From Lama glama (Eukaryota), in the NCBI GenBank assembly GCA_028534125.1, contig CM052816.1:44208001-44272000 (forward strand): DNA of 64,000 bases, written 5' to 3'. Shown piece by piece: positions 62,503 to 64,000 of the stretch (position 1 is its first letter; every line of letters starts with the position of its first letter). The notes beneath the pieces were generated by a model. That model did no database searches. It was not told the origin of the DNA and saw nothing but the letters and a program-made list of their open reading frames with translations. A program made the position numbers and the translations under genes.

Positions 62503-64000
62503 CTAAAAATGTGGAATATTAACATCACCTTCAGATTTTGAACACACAAAAGAATATCAAATCAATTTTTTTCTTAAGTTTTAAATACTTGGTTTTAATA
62601 GCAAATCGTTTAAAATAGCCTTCAAAATAATACAGCTAATTAAATGTATTTTAATGGCTAGAAATAATTCAATACAACTCAAGGTTTATTTTGAAACAGC
62701 AGGCGCACATATATAGCAGGGTTTTTTTTCAATTTTACACCATTTGTTTTTGGAACTTTCCTCCTTTTACATAAATTTTGTTGCAGCTTACTTTCTTATG
62801 TCTTTTTACATTCCCAACTCCTAACTTCCTTTTCTTAAGTTTTATTTTTTGGACTCTTGTCGCTTGTCTTAGCCATAGAGCTTTGTGGTCATTTTTATTG
62901 TTTTAATAAAGTGCATTAATGATGAGACATCTTAAAGATATAATTTCATAATCTTAGGCCTGGATATCCACATCAGCACGATCTCCTCCTTCTGAAGAGC
63001 ATCTGCCTACCTTGCAGGGCTCTCTCAGAGCTGACCCGTCCTCCCCTCACTATTCTGCACTCTCCAAGCCTTCTTACCTCCTGGACTCATTTGAGTTTCT
63101 ATTCTCCTGCTGAAAGACAAACCTGGCTTGAATGCAAGATCTTCATAGGAAAGTAGTGATAAATGAGGTGTGTTTTTTGTTTGTTTGTTTGTTTTTGCAT
63201 GGACGGCAGGAACTTGTGGAATTACCTGAGGCATTTAGACATACATAGGAAGTGACTGAAAGGGGAATGGAGTTTCAAATTGGTACTTACACCCCATATT
63301 GGGATATATCATTGTATATTTTTCTACTATTTGGTTACTACCTGCCAGTTAAAAATGTAGCCTTTTAGAATTTCCCTCTTTTGATTGTTTAGCTATTTTA
63401 TAGTCTACCATCTTTTGAACTGCTGGTTGCCTGCGGGTAGGTTCTAGTAGGTAAAATTTTGTGGAAAATTGTACATGCAGTTACTTTTCAGATTTGCAGA
63501 GTGGATTCATTGTTTCTTTTCTTTTTGTTAGCAGCCTATTAGTAATGAGCAATAGGATAATTTTACATAATTTCGGAAGTATTCTCTGTGTTTACAGTTT
63601 TGCAAGTAAATATGCTTTCTTTTCTATAAAACAAAAATACAGGAGTATCAAGGTAACAAAATTAGAAGAGAGCCCTATGAGTTGTAACTTCTAATTTTTC
63701 TATCCTGGAAAATGTATATTTATAACTTGTATTTTTTTCTTGGTACAACATCCTAGAAATTATATTTTTCATTTACAAATTCAGATAATGTTCAATGATT
63801 TCACTTAACTGGGGGGGAGCATGTTTAATTCTTATGTTCAAGATCTTTTGGTACTCTGAGAAATCCAGCTTTTTACAAGGAGAGAAGTAATCACACATCA
63901 TTAGAGACCATAGTAAAGGCTTTGCGAGCAACAGTTTATGAAGAATAAATACATACTATTATGAATGACAAAACTCATCTTCTTAGTTTGAGAAACCTCA

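Overview
Mammalian genomic DNA, most likely a camelid (alpaca/llama/camel), inferred from three copies of a tRNA-derived SINE resembling Vic-1. The window is AT-rich, CpG-poor and looks intergenic or deep-intronic. It is dominated by transposable-element relics: young and old LINE-1s, L2, MIR, MaLR and ERV1 LTRs, Tigger1, Charlie1 and hAT MITEs. I recognise no host protein-coding gene, RNA gene or CRISPR array; the protein-like ORFs in the track are L1 ORF1/ORF2 or Tigger1 transposase fragments. Most notable: (1) a probable L1-in-L1-in-L1 nest across a 500-N gap at 0.2-4.5 kb, with a CpG-rich 5'UTR carrying an antisense ATG ORF; (2) a repeat-free cluster of MEIS/TALE motifs at about 12.1-12.4 kb, a candidate developmental enhancer; (3) two frame-compatible candidate exons at 36.7 and 40.7 kb; (4) several atypical L1 junctions. 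Repeat family names come from recalled consensus sequences, not a database search. I find no convincing evidence for a new biological system.
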